64,000 nucleotides of DNA from an uncultured Ruminococcus sp. (GCA_964494135.1 CAZBQN010000006.1:2806-66805), one strand, 5' to 3'. Positions 1 to 8,029 are shown, numbered from the stretch's first letter. The notes: generated by a model not told the origin, from the letters alone. Numbers and translations: made by a program.

Positions 1-69
1 GAGTGTACAGCATAGCAGTGTTGCCGCGACAATTACAAGACAGAGTGCTTTTTTCATAAAGCGTTTCAT
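1..69 (-). CDS. 5' end of a secreted protein or lipoprotein gene that runs out of the window (partial)
   Basis: ATG at 69-67 on the minus strand with an AAAGGA Shine-Dalgarno about 9 nt upstream. It translates to MKRFMKKALCLVIVAATLLCCTL, which has a basic n-region, a hydrophobic core and Cys residues. It is too short to appear in the ORF track. Confidence 0.4.
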   Translation of the reverse strand, partial: MKRFMKKALCLVIVAATLLCCTL

Positions 70-128
70 GGTGATAAATTCCTTTCGGGATGATTTGTCC
101 GAAAAAACCGCCAGTTGTTGATTTAAGC

Positions 129-156
129 AAAAAACGCACAGCTTTACACCGTGCGC
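129..156 (-). terminator. Intrinsic terminator/attenuator hairpin inside the leader of the gene starting at 69
   Basis: The minus strand reads GCGCACGG-TGTAAAG-CTGTGCG followed by TTTTTTGC. This is a 7-bp GC-rich stem with one G-U pair plus a U-tract, about 60 nt upstream of the ATG at 69. Confidence 0.45.
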
Positions 157-324
157 AACTGCTTCTTTCTCCGGCGGAATCGGAAAATCCGTTATGCGAG
201 AAACACATCCTCAGCCTGCATAATATCCCGCGCTTCACGGTAAATGAAGCGTCGTCAGATTTTGTAAAGCTTAGCTGATGACCTGCGCCGAATACGGCTT
301 TCCCTTTCATTTTCGGTTGCGTTA

Positions 325-353
325 ATTATACACCCGCGCGTGAATTTTGTCAA
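325..353 (-). promoter_or_regulatory. Sigma-70/SigA-type promoter firing leftwards
   Basis: The minus strand reads TTGACA (353-348), a 17-nt spacer, then TATAAT (330-325). Both hexamers match consensus perfectly. Confidence 0.6.
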
Positions 354-499
354 TAGTTAATGAAAAATTTTGCGTTAAATATTGTACTTTTTATGAACAA
401 TATCCAATCGCCTTTTCGTCTCATCCCGATGAATTTCCGACCTCGGACAGGGGAGAGCTTTTTTCGGAATCCTCGCGCCGTTTCTTTGGACGCAGAAGC

Positions 500-571
500 G
501 GGGCAGGCTCGTCCGAACTTTCGAAAAAAGCTGACGCCTTTTTAAATCAGCCGAAGAGCCTGCCCCTTTTT
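500..571 (+). terminator. Terminator-like long hairpin with a U-tract and no obvious upstream gene
   Basis: GGGGCAGGCTC (500-510) pairs perfectly with GAGCCTGCCCC (556-566) and is followed by TTTTT (567-571). The 45-nt interior has small sub-hairpins. The large loop lowers confidence. Confidence 0.3.
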
Positions 572-594
572 CGATATGGTATTTATTGGGACGG

Positions 595-729
595 ACGTCA
601 ATCCGGGGGAAGGAAATTGAAATCCCGCTTTATTTATCCAAATGAACGTCAATCCGGGGGAAGGGAATTGAAATCCCGCTTTATTTATCCAAATGAACGT
701 CAATCTGGGGAAAGGGAATTGAAATCCCG
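595..729. repeat. 51-bp tandem repeat (2 full copies plus a 33-bp partial copy) covering the 3' end of mscS and its downstream region
   Basis: Copies at 595-645 and 646-696 differ at 1 of 51 positions. The third copy at 697-729 differs at 2 of 33. The period of 51 equals 17 codons, and each extra copy carries its own TAA. Confidence 0.9.
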
Positions 730-1502
730 TTCTCGTCAAAGGCGCGTTTGACCTGCTCGTTCATATCGAAGAGCACGGTCCAGTAGTCTGCCGTCTTGCA
801 CCATACGGTCGCAAAAATGTCGATACTGCTCTCACCGTGGGCTTTGACGCGTGCTTTGGATTCGGGGTCGGTGAGGACTAATGGGTTTTTGCTTGCTATA
901 TCGAGAATGAGCTTTTCAGCGCGCTCAAAGTCGTCGGAGTAGGAGATGGAATAGGTCAGATCCACTCTTCTCGTCGGCTTTTCGGAGTAATTGATAATCT
1001 CGCTGGTCGACAGCTTGCCGTTGGGGATATATATGACCTTGTTGTCGTTGGTTCTGACTTTCGTGTTGCAAATTAAGATGTCTTCCACAGTGCCCTCGTA
1101 ACCGCCTGCGGAAATGAAATCGCCGTCCTTGAAAGGCCTTGTAATAAGGAGCAATACACCTCCTGCAAGGTTTGACAGCGTGCCGTTTATTGCAAGACCC
1201 ACGCCGACGCCCAGCGAGGCAAGCAGGGCGGAGATTGCCGAGGTGTCAACACCAAGGTAGCCAATGAGGCACAGCACTACAAGCACCTTGAGAGCAACTC
1301 TACCCATATACGTCAGCGTGCGGTAAATGGTCTGATCCAGCTTTACTTTTTTCTTTTCTTGCAGTTTCGCAACTCGTTTTTCGATAACCTTGCTGACTCT
1401 ATTGATAATGATGAATGATACGATGAGGATCAGTATGGCGACAAGGATTTTTATTCCTGCATTCGTCGCCCAGTTTTGTAAGTTGTTTAAAAATTCTTCC
1501 AT
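681..1502 (-). CDS. mscS: Small-conductance mechanosensitive channel (MscS family)
   Basis: 273-aa ORF with three N-terminal TM helices followed by the MscS beta-domain motif (LLITRPFKDGDFI...GTVEDI...VRTNDNKVIYIPNG). Confidence 0.85.
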   Translation of the reverse strand: MEEFLNNLQNWATNAGIKILVAILILIVSFIIINRVSKVIEKRVAKLQEKKKVKLDQTIYRTLTYMGRVALKVLVVLCLIGYLGVDTSAISALLASLGVGVGLAINGTLSNLAGGVLLLITRPFKDGDFISAGGYEGTVEDILICNTKVRTNDNKVIYIPNGKLSTSEIINYSEKPTRRVDLTYSISYSDDFERAEKLILDIASKNPLVLTDPESKARVKAHGESSIDIFATVWCKTADYWTVLFDMNEQVKRAFDENGISIPFPQIDVHLDK

Positions 1503-1671
1503 GCTTTCAACTCTTTTTCTTCGTTATTCGTGCAAATACACAACAGTAATTATACCGCTCCCCTCGTTTTTTGTCAACCTGAAATCGACAATTGCCGATA
1601 TATGGCGAATTCTAGGGGCAAGCTTTCGAAAGCGAAAGAGTTGTTATTGACCGTTCTTTTGCTCGGCTTCC

Positions 1672-2784
1672 TTACTGAATTTCCAGTTTTCCGCTTGTGG
1701 TACCGACTTCGATTTTACACTTCCCGTCGCCGAACAGATAGGTGTTGCCGTTCTGGGTGAAGTCAAGACCCGTGCTGAGTTTTCCGCTCGTAGAGCTATA
1801 CGTTATTTCGGCACCGCAGCCGAGCAAGCTTATGCTGACCTCGCCGCTGGTGGTACCAATCTCAGCCTCTTCCGTGCCGGTAAGACCGAGGGTCACGCTA
1901 CCGCTGGTGGCTGAAATATCAATCTTATCCGAATATATATTTTCGATATTTACCGAGCCGGAGACGGTGCCGCACCTCATCGCGTTTGACCTGATTGAAG
2001 ACGCGCGTACCGCGCCCGAGGTACTGCTGAATTTTATGTTTTTCGATTCCGCGGAACCAAGCTTAATCGCTCCGCTGACCGTGCCGATTTCAATCTCATC
2101 GGTGCTGATTGCTTCGTCCACTGTAACGCAGCCGCTCGTTGTACCGATGTCGGTGGTGCGTGTCAGTACGGTGCCGATACTGACCGCGCCGGAAACGGTA
2201 CCGCACTCCAAGGAGTCCGCATGAATTTCGTCCGCAATAATCGTGCCGGACGTAGTTCCGATATCAACGCTTTCCGCTTTTACGCCGCCAAGCTCCGCAT
2301 TACCCGATTCCGTGTCGATTTCGACGTTCTTCTGTTCTAAATCTCCCGCTTTTACCGGTGCCGAGGTAGTCTTGACCTGAACGTCAATATTCTTAGGAAT
2401 TTCTACGCTCAGATGCTTGCTCTCGGGATAAACCCGGATAGCCGCACCGGAAGCACAGAAATATATTTTCAGAACGCCGTTATCGATCAGATAGTGCATC
2501 GCCGATTCTTCGGGAAGCTCTGCGTCGCTCTCCGTGACGGACAGCTCCTCGCTATCCGACTCCGTGAGGTTGACCTCGCCTGAGCGCCAGTGAATTTCCA
2601 CCGATTTGATTTCCTCCGCCGTGTAGGTAAACGACCCGGTCAGGTAGCTTCCGGAATTCTGATACACCTCACCCGTCATATAATCGTAGGAGTCGAAGGG
2701 GGAGTGAAACTCACAGCCCCAAAGAGCTGTCCCTATCAGCGATACGACAAGCAGAAACGATATAATTCTGATTATAATTTTCAT
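1672..2784 (-). CDS. DUF4097/LiaG-like beta-helix repeat lipoprotein (putative adhesin family)
   Basis: An internal Met at 2784 has an AAAGGA SD and gives MKIIIRIISFLLVVSLIGTALWGC, a signal peptide plus lipobox. The C-terminal two thirds is built of G(T/S)(T/V)SG repeats of about 19 aa. The longest ORF extends to 2829 but has no SD. Confidence 0.7.
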   Translation of the reverse strand: MKIIIRIISFLLVVSLIGTALWGCEFHSPFDSYDYMTGEVYQNSGSYLTGSFTYTAEEIKSVEIHWRSGEVNLTESDSEELSVTESDAELPEESAMHYLIDNGVLKIYFCASGAAIRVYPESKHLSVEIPKNIDVQVKTTSAPVKAGDLEQKNVEIDTESGNAELGGVKAESVDIGTTSGTIIADEIHADSLECGTVSGAVSIGTVLTRTTDIGTTSGCVTVDEAISTDEIEIGTVSGAIKLGSAESKNIKFSSTSGAVRASSIRSNAMRCGTVSGSVNIENIYSDKIDISATSGSVTLGLTGTEEAEIGTTSGEVSISLLGCGAEITYSSTSGKLSTGLDFTQNGNTYLFGDGKCKIEVGTTSGKLEIQ

Positions 2785-2849
2785 TGCTTTTTCCTTTCTT
2801 CCGCGTGAAAGCTTCTCGCGTGCATGCAAATTCTTTTATACGTGGCAAA

Positions 2850-3335
2850 TCAATGCCGTCCTGCCGTATATACGGATTGAAATATGGTTTTGGTATCGGC
2901 ACGATAGCGGACGCAGGTGAGATGGATTGCCAGCTCCTCCACTGCCGCGGCGGCGGCTACCGCACACACGAATATGCAATACCCGACTGCGATCTCGGTC
3001 AGCAGCATATAGGGCACTATGAAAAGCACGGCACCAGTCAGCTTGTTCATATAGGTGTGCATTGATGCGAACAGACGGTATTTGAATGCAGCCGTCAGGT
3101 AGGATATGAGCCTGAGAATTATGATGCCGGCAACTGCGTACCATATTCCGCCCGGCAGTATATCCAGGAGAATGGGGAAGATTTTTACCAGCATCACCGC
3201 ATAGAACAAAAGGTCTGCCGCACTGTCGAGTCTTGCGCCGAAGGCACTCTCGCTATGAGTTTTTCTTGCGATATATCCGTCCAGCACGTCGGTCACGCCC
3301 GTCAGCGCGTAAATACTCAAAAAAGCCGCGTGCAT
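2850..3335 (-). CDS. CDP-alcohol phosphatidyltransferase family protein (PgsA-like). The N-terminus probably extends to 3434.
   Basis: Exact D-x2-D-G-x2-A-R-x8-G-x3-D-x3-D motif (DVLDGYIARKTHSESAFGARLDSAAD). The first ATG leaves only 16 aa before the motif, whereas the in-frame upstream sequence encodes the expected first TM helix (see finding). Confidence 0.8.
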   Translation of the reverse strand: MHAAFLSIYALTGVTDVLDGYIARKTHSESAFGARLDSAADLLFYAVMLVKIFPILLDILPGGIWYAVAGIIILRLISYLTAAFKYRLFASMHTYMNKLTGAVLFIVPYMLLTEIAVGYCIFVCAVAAAAAVEELAIHLTCVRYRADTKTIFQSVYTAGRH

Positions 3336-3520
3336 AGGCTCTAAAACCGTGAGTGACAGCGTCCCGGCTATGCGAAGCAGGGTAATAATATCAGCCGCAG
3401 TAATTTTGTGCGGCGGTTTCTTTTTCGTGCTTATTTTGCCTCACCCCTTTCTCGGTATGTACGGTTGTCCGTAGTAAATTCTTTTCCCGCGACACCCGGT
3501 TTAATACGCTTTCGGAAATT

Positions 3521-4081
3521 TCATCTGCGGAAATTTTCAAAAATGTCGCTGTTGCCGTTATCGCCCTCCAAATCCGCACCGTAACGGAAAATGAGAGATG
3601 CCAGAATCATGAAAATACCTACGGTCAGGCTGTCGAGATTGCTCCAGTCGCTGACAGAGCCTTTGGGAACCGCGAATATCGCACTGATTATTGCCACAGC
3701 GATAGCCGTAACGATAGGCAGAGCTATATTGAGTAGACCGAGGCGCATGATTTCGTCGGCTCCCCGTTTTGTAAACGGCGTTCCGTCTTTTTCTTCCGTA
3801 CGGAAATAACGCAGAGTGTAGGTCAAAAGCGCGCCGTTCGTCAGCGCAAGCACGGTTTCGTTTATTAAAATGCCCATGACCTGCGCCGTGTTTTCGGTTC
3901 CCGTCATATTGAAAAGCCAGCTTGTGTCGGTACCCGCAATATTTCCGCCAAAGTGTAAGATGATAACGAATAAAAGCCCAAGAGCGGACAGCCCCGCCCA
4001 AATGAAGGTGAGTACCATCGCAATTTGCGTAAGTATCCGAAAGACGTGAAAGACCTTTTGAATTGTTTGCAGTGATTTCAT
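3521..4081 (-). CDS. Hypothetical multi-pass membrane protein
   Basis: ORF with 4-5 hydrophobic helices. Start taken at MKSLQTIQKVF (4081), immediately downstream of a GAGGAGA Shine-Dalgarno (4094-4088). No recognisable family motif. Confidence 0.55.
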   Translation of the reverse strand: MKSLQTIQKVFHVFRILTQIAMVLTFIWAGLSALGLLFVIILHFGGNIAGTDTSWLFNMTGTENTAQVMGILINETVLALTNGALLTYTLRYFRTEEKDGTPFTKRGADEIMRLGLLNIALPIVTAIAVAIISAIFAVPKGSVSDWSNLDSLTVGIFMILASLIFRYGADLEGDNGNSDIFENFRR

Positions 4082-4260
4082 AACGTTGTCTCCTCTTGAT
4101 TTATATGGGAAAGGTCGGAGAATCGGGATTGAGTAAAAGCACCTGCTCACAGAGCTTATTCAGAAAATCCGCAACACGCCTTTCCCTTTTTTGCAAGGTA
4201 TGTATATATTATACAACAAATTTAAGAAAAACAATAGTTTTTAAAAAATATTTTGTACGT

Positions 4261-4305
4261 AAAAAATCCGCAGTCCCGGATAATCGCGGAAACTGCGGAT
4301 TTTTT
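4261..4305 (-). terminator. Intrinsic terminator downstream of the PspC-domain gene (A-tract/U-tract symmetric, possibly bidirectional)
   Basis: AAAAAATCCGCAG...CTGCGGATTTTTT. The 8-bp stem ATCCGCAG/CTGCGGAT is flanked by A5-6 and T5. Confidence 0.7.
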
Positions 4306-4396
4306 GCGCTTAGTCGGCGTATATTTTAAAAATTCCGGGTGATTTTAATACCGAGGCTTTGCGCCGATAAGAAATTTTTTAAAATTTCCCGGGCAG

Positions 4397-4588
4397 TTAA
4401 TAGCCTGGGTTTTTGGGAATAATGACAGCCGCAATGATATAGGCGAGAATTCCGCAGCCGCCCATGGCGCAGAACAGTATCCACCCGAGGCGCACCAAAG
4501 TCGGGTCAATGTCAAAATATTCCGCAACGCCTCCGCAGACGCCGCATAGAATCTTATCAAAATTGGATCTGTACAGTCTTTTCTTCAT
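4397..4588 (-). CDS. PspC-domain membrane protein
   Basis: 63 aa. Shows the LYRS..DK.L.GVCGG.AEYF..DP..VR signature followed by one TM helix. Confidence 0.8.
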   Translation of the reverse strand: MKKRLYRSNFDKILCGVCGGVAEYFDIDPTLVRLGWILFCAMGGCGILAYIIAAVIIPKNPGY

Positions 4589-4606
4589 AAAAATCTCCGT
4601 AAGCCA

Positions 4607-5062
4607 TTATCTCTTTTTGAAAATCACCAGCTGTGGGTCGGTGCAGTTCTCGCCGTACTCCGAAACGAGCAGAAAGTCCATACCGGCGGTCAAGCCGTAG
4701 CATTTTACAAGACTGCCGTCGTTGAACTCACATTCGACCTGATTCCCGAGATATATCTCCCGGTCGTCAAGCAGCTTCACGCACTCACCGTTCGGCATCG
4801 GGTACGCGAGGTTTACGAATGCGCCGTTCAGCGCAAACAGCTCGTCGATTTTCGGCATACCCGGCACACAGAGCGAATTGAATTCATCTATCAGCCGGCT
4901 CTTGAATTCCTCAAAGCTGTCTTTGCCACCGGTCAAAATGTATTTTGCGATAAAGCATTGCTTGCCGAAAGGACAGCCCCCGGTTTCAGAGCAGCCCTGA
5001 CAGCCGCATCCTTTGCCGAAGCCGCATCCGTCACAGTCGGCACCGCATATTGATTTTTTCAT
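4607..5062 (-). CDS. Cys-rich DUF3795-like protein
   Basis: 151 aa with an N-terminal CGADCDGCGFGKGCGCQGC...C cluster typical of DUF3795 proteins. Family assigned from memory. Confidence 0.55.
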   Translation of the reverse strand: MKKSICGADCDGCGFGKGCGCQGCSETGGCPFGKQCFIAKYILTGGKDSFEEFKSRLIDEFNSLCVPGMPKIDELFALNGAFVNLAYPMPNGECVKLLDDREIYLGNQVECEFNDGSLVKCYGLTAGMDFLLVSEYGENCTDPQLVIFKKR

Positions 5063-5160
5063 TTTCGTTCCTCTTTTCTGTAAGCGTCAATATAAAAATG
5101 ATATTATTCCGAGTCCAATTATACGCGCTTTTTCTTTGTTTTGTTACATTTTTCGCAAAA

Positions 5161-5724
5161 TCAGAGCACAACCGTCCACTCTCCGAATCTTACCTCTTCC
5201 GGGTTGAGCTTGTGCTCTGCTATGAGCTTTTCCATCCAGACGACGTCGTACCATACGCCGAATTTGCAGCCACAGTTGTGAAATGTTCCGACAGGGGTAA
5301 ATCCCATTTTCTTGTGAAAAAGAAAGCTGTCGAAAGTAAGACGCTCATCCTCTGTCTTCGGCATGGCGATACAGGCGTTCATGTTGCAGATGCCTATATT
5401 GCACAGCGACCTTTCCAATACTGTATATAGCATTCTGCCGATGCCTTTTTTTCTGCAGTCACGCCTGACGTAAACAGTCGTTTCCACCGTCCAATCGTAG
5501 GCAGGTCTGCCCTTGAAAATCCCCGCATAGGCATAGCCTAGAATTTCACCGGACTCGGTGGCTTTTATGTACGGATATCGTGATGAAATATTGATAATTC
5601 TCTGCTTGAATTCTTCCTCTGTGGGTACGTCGTGTTCAAAGGATACTGCCGTGTCCTTGACATAGTGAGAATATATTGCGAGCAGCTCTTTTGCATCCTC
5701 CGGGGTTACAGCCTCAATAATCAT
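5161..5724 (-). CDS. GNAT N-acetyltransferase, phosphinothricin/methionine-sulfoximine acetyltransferase-like
   Basis: 187 aa. Has the acetyl-CoA motif RRDCRKKGIGRMLY and PAT-like N-terminal and C-terminal blocks (IY..YV..T..SFE; GF...G......G.KFG.W.DV). Confidence 0.75.
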   Translation of the reverse strand: MIIEAVTPEDAKELLAIYSHYVKDTAVSFEHDVPTEEEFKQRIINISSRYPYIKATESGEILGYAYAGIFKGRPAYDWTVETTVYVRRDCRKKGIGRMLYTVLERSLCNIGICNMNACIAMPKTEDERLTFDSFLFHKKMGFTPVGTFHNCGCKFGVWYDVVWMEKLIAEHKLNPEEVRFGEWTVVL

Positions 5725-5738
5725 TTTTTCAATTCCTT

Positions 5739-6350
5739 TTATTGTGCTCCAAGTAATGATTTTTCAATCCATCCGTCGAGGAATTTCATCTGCTCATCGG
5801 TGTGAAACCAATGCTCGCCGCCTTCCATTACGGTAAGCGCGGCGCCGATTTCTTTGGCAAATTCGGATACGGTTTCGAGCGATGTCAAATTATCTTTATC
5901 GCCGTATAGTATGTCACAAGGTTTATTCCAGCGGATTGGATGACTTCGCACGTAGCACAGATATTCCCACGACAGGACCTCTCCTTGTCCGGTCGTGATT
6001 GTCTTCTCCCGTTTCAGCTCCTCTTCGTCTGTCCCCAACGTCAGCATCATATCCCGGATAAGCTTTTCCATATTCACGATAGGGGAGATAAAATAGGCGT
6101 GGTAAATGTTCTTCGCGGACAGCGCACTCATCGTATAAAATGCACCGATGCTGTTGGCGACGACGCTAACCGAGCCGTAGCCCTGGCTGCACATGTCATA
6201 CAGCTTTGGAAATTCGTCCGCGGCTTCCATGACGTCCTGTGATTTGTAGTCCCAACCTATAACGTCGCAGTCGGGGAAAAGAGGCTCGTAGTGTTCCTTC
6301 TCCTCGGCGCATCCGCCCTTGCCGTGTATATATATAACCAGATTTTTCAT
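5739..6350 (-). CDS. Alpha/beta-fold hydrolase (small esterase-like)
   Basis: 203 aa. Has the oxyanion-type IYIHGKGG start, a nucleophile-elbow-like ANSIGA and a C-terminal GGEHWF His motif. Confidence 0.6.
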   Translation of the reverse strand: MKNLVIYIHGKGGCAEEKEHYEPLFPDCDVIGWDYKSQDVMEAADEFPKLYDMCSQGYGSVSVVANSIGAFYTMSALSAKNIYHAYFISPIVNMEKLIRDMMLTLGTDEEELKREKTITTGQGEVLSWEYLCYVRSHPIRWNKPCDILYGDKDNLTSLETVSEFAKEIGAALTVMEGGEHWFHTDEQMKFLDGWIEKSLLGAQ

Positions 6351-6637
6351 ATACTATCCTTTCCTTTTTATTATATTGCTTTAAAGCGGAAAAGTCAATA
6401 CGGAAATCGGTAAATTGGACAGTCTGAAAATCAAAAAAGCAGTCCGAATAAATCTGCGGCAGGAAAACTGTAAAATACGGAAATTTTCATAAGAACAGTT
6501 GAAGTAGGTACCCGTGCTGATTTTTTTGAGAAAAATTGAGGAATAAAAAACTTCAGACGGGACGATTACAGAGAAAAAACGTAAACAATTATTGACATAT
6601 TTTTTGTTGTACAAAATAAATACATTATTTTTGACGC

Positions 6638-6666
6638 TTGACATGTGCAAAAAAAAGTGCTATGAT
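6638..6666 (+). promoter_or_regulatory. Promoter of ilvE
   Basis: TTGACA (6638-6643), 17-nt spacer, TATGAT (6661-6666), about 125 nt upstream of the ilvE ATG. Confidence 0.55.
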
Positions 6667-6792
6667 AAAAAATCATTTAAAACGGCAGACGAAGAAGCGG
6701 CAAAGGCATGTATCGGCTTATAACCCGTGCACTCCTTCAAACTTCCGGACCTATACCGCATACGCCCTTTGAGGTGCGAGGAGATAAAGATT

Positions 6793-7857
6793 ATGGAAAT
6801 CAGACTAGAAGAAGTAAAGGAACTGAAAACCATTCCGCCCGAGTCGGAGCTTGGATTTGGAAAGTATTTTACCGACCACATGTTCGTGATGGACTGGGAG
6901 TTCGGCAGGGGCTGGCATGACAGGAGGATTGTGCCTTTCGGCAACATTTCGCTACATCCCGCATCCACCGTCCTACACTACGGTGCAGAGATTTTTGAGG
7001 GGCTGAAGGCATACCGCACCGAGTCGGGTTCGGTACAGCTATTCCGTCCCACGGAGAACATCAAGAGGATGAACAATTCTGCCGAGCGTATGTGCCTACC
7101 GGCTATCGACGAGGCGGAGCTATTGGAAATTCTGGAGACCTTCGTCAGACACGAGGAGCGCTGGGTGCCCCATTCAATGGGCACGTCGCTATACCTACGT
7201 CCCTACATGTTCGGCAATGACGAAACTCTGGGAGTTCACACGGTGAAGCACGCGACCTTCATGCTGATCGCGTCTCCCGTCGGCAGTTACTATAAAGAGG
7301 GCATAAATCCCGTAAAGATTATGATTGAGAGCGAGGATGTCCGTACCGTACGCGGCGGCACAGGCTATGCCAAGTGCGGAGGAAACTATGCGGCGTCAAC
7401 GAGAGCAGGCGAGCGCGCCGAAAAGCTCGGCTATTCTCAGGTGCTTTGGCTTGACGGCGTTGAGCGTAAGTACATTGAGGAAGTCGGTGCCATGAACGTT
7501 ATGTTCAAGATTGACGGAGAGGTTATCACTCCCGCGCTTACAGGCTCCATTCTGCCGGGTATCACGAGAAAGTCCTGTATTGAGGTCCTTAAGAGCCTGG
7601 GTTATAAGGTGACCGAGAGGCTTTTCTCCGTTGACGAGCTTCTTTCTGCTTTGAAGGAAGGCAGGCTTGAGGAGGCGTGGGGCTGCGGTACTGCCGCGGT
7701 CGTTTCTCCCATAGGCAGACTGATGTACGAGAACGTTGAGTACAGTATCTGCGGCGAGCAGATAGGCGAGGTTACGCAAAAGCTGTACGATATTCTCACA
7801 GGTATACAGTGGGGAAAGCTTCCCGATACCTTCGGCTGGATTCATAAGATTACCTGA
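6793..7857 (+). CDS. ilvE: Branched-chain amino acid aminotransferase
   Basis: Strong family similarity (GFGKYFTDHMF, YGAEIFEGLKAY, SLYLRP, AKCGGNYAAS, GITR). ATG at 6793 preceded by AGGAG. The longer ORF from 6727 has no SD. Confidence 0.9.
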   Translation: MEIRLEEVKELKTIPPESELGFGKYFTDHMFVMDWEFGRGWHDRRIVPFGNISLHPASTVLHYGAEIFEGLKAYRTESGSVQLFRPTENIKRMNNSAERMCLPAIDEAELLEILETFVRHEERWVPHSMGTSLYLRPYMFGNDETLGVHTVKHATFMLIASPVGSYYKEGINPVKIMIESEDVRTVRGGTGYAKCGGNYAASTRAGERAEKLGYSQVLWLDGVERKYIEEVGAMNVMFKIDGEVITPALTGSILPGITRKSCIEVLKSLGYKVTERLFSVDELLSALKEGRLEEAWGCGTAAVVSPIGRLMYENVEYSICGEQIGEVTQKLYDILTGIQWGKLPDTFGWIHKIT

Positions 7858-8029
7858 CCCGTTACACGTTCCTTGTCTTTCCGCGCTTTTGCCGCGGAGA
7901 ATAACGGGAAAAATGACGGTGGGATTTCATTACCAAAACCTTTTATGCCCTTAGTGCCGTATCTTGGTATTTTGGGCATTTTTTATATTTTTTGTTCAAA
8001 AAAAGTGCAATATTACATAAAATTGAGCA

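Noticed and set aside
595-729. Possible CRISPR array or mobile-element terminal repeats
   Set aside because: The repeats are directly abutting with no spacers. The period equals 17 codons of the adjacent gene, and no cas or transposase genes are present. It is a tandem duplication of coding sequence.
347-751. 134-aa plus-strand ORF (and the nested 360..545 ORF) spanning the tandem repeat
   Set aside because: It has no SD. The reading frame is kept open by the 51-bp repeat and overlaps the end of mscS. The translation is a repetitive artefact (…RQSGGRELKSRFIYPNE… x3).
6478-6492. CodY-box-like sequence AATTTTCATAAGAAC
   Set aside because: It has 4 mismatches to AATTTTCWGAAAATT and lies about 150 nt upstream of the predicted ilvE -35, in generally AT-rich DNA. 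It cannot be distinguished from chance.
6667-6792. T-box or leader-peptide attenuator upstream of ilvE, and likewise 8059-8123 upstream of leuA
   Set aside because: The leaders are only about 125 and 65 nt long. There is no T-box core (…GGTGGNACCGCG…), no terminator hairpin with a U-tract and no short Ile/Leu/Val-rich ORF.
6381-6968. Minus-strand ORFs 6381..6650 (89 aa) and 6660..6968 (102 aa) in the hydrolase/ilvE divergent region
   Set aside because: They lie in an AT-rich promoter region or overlap the ilvE start. They have no SD, and their translations are low-complexity.
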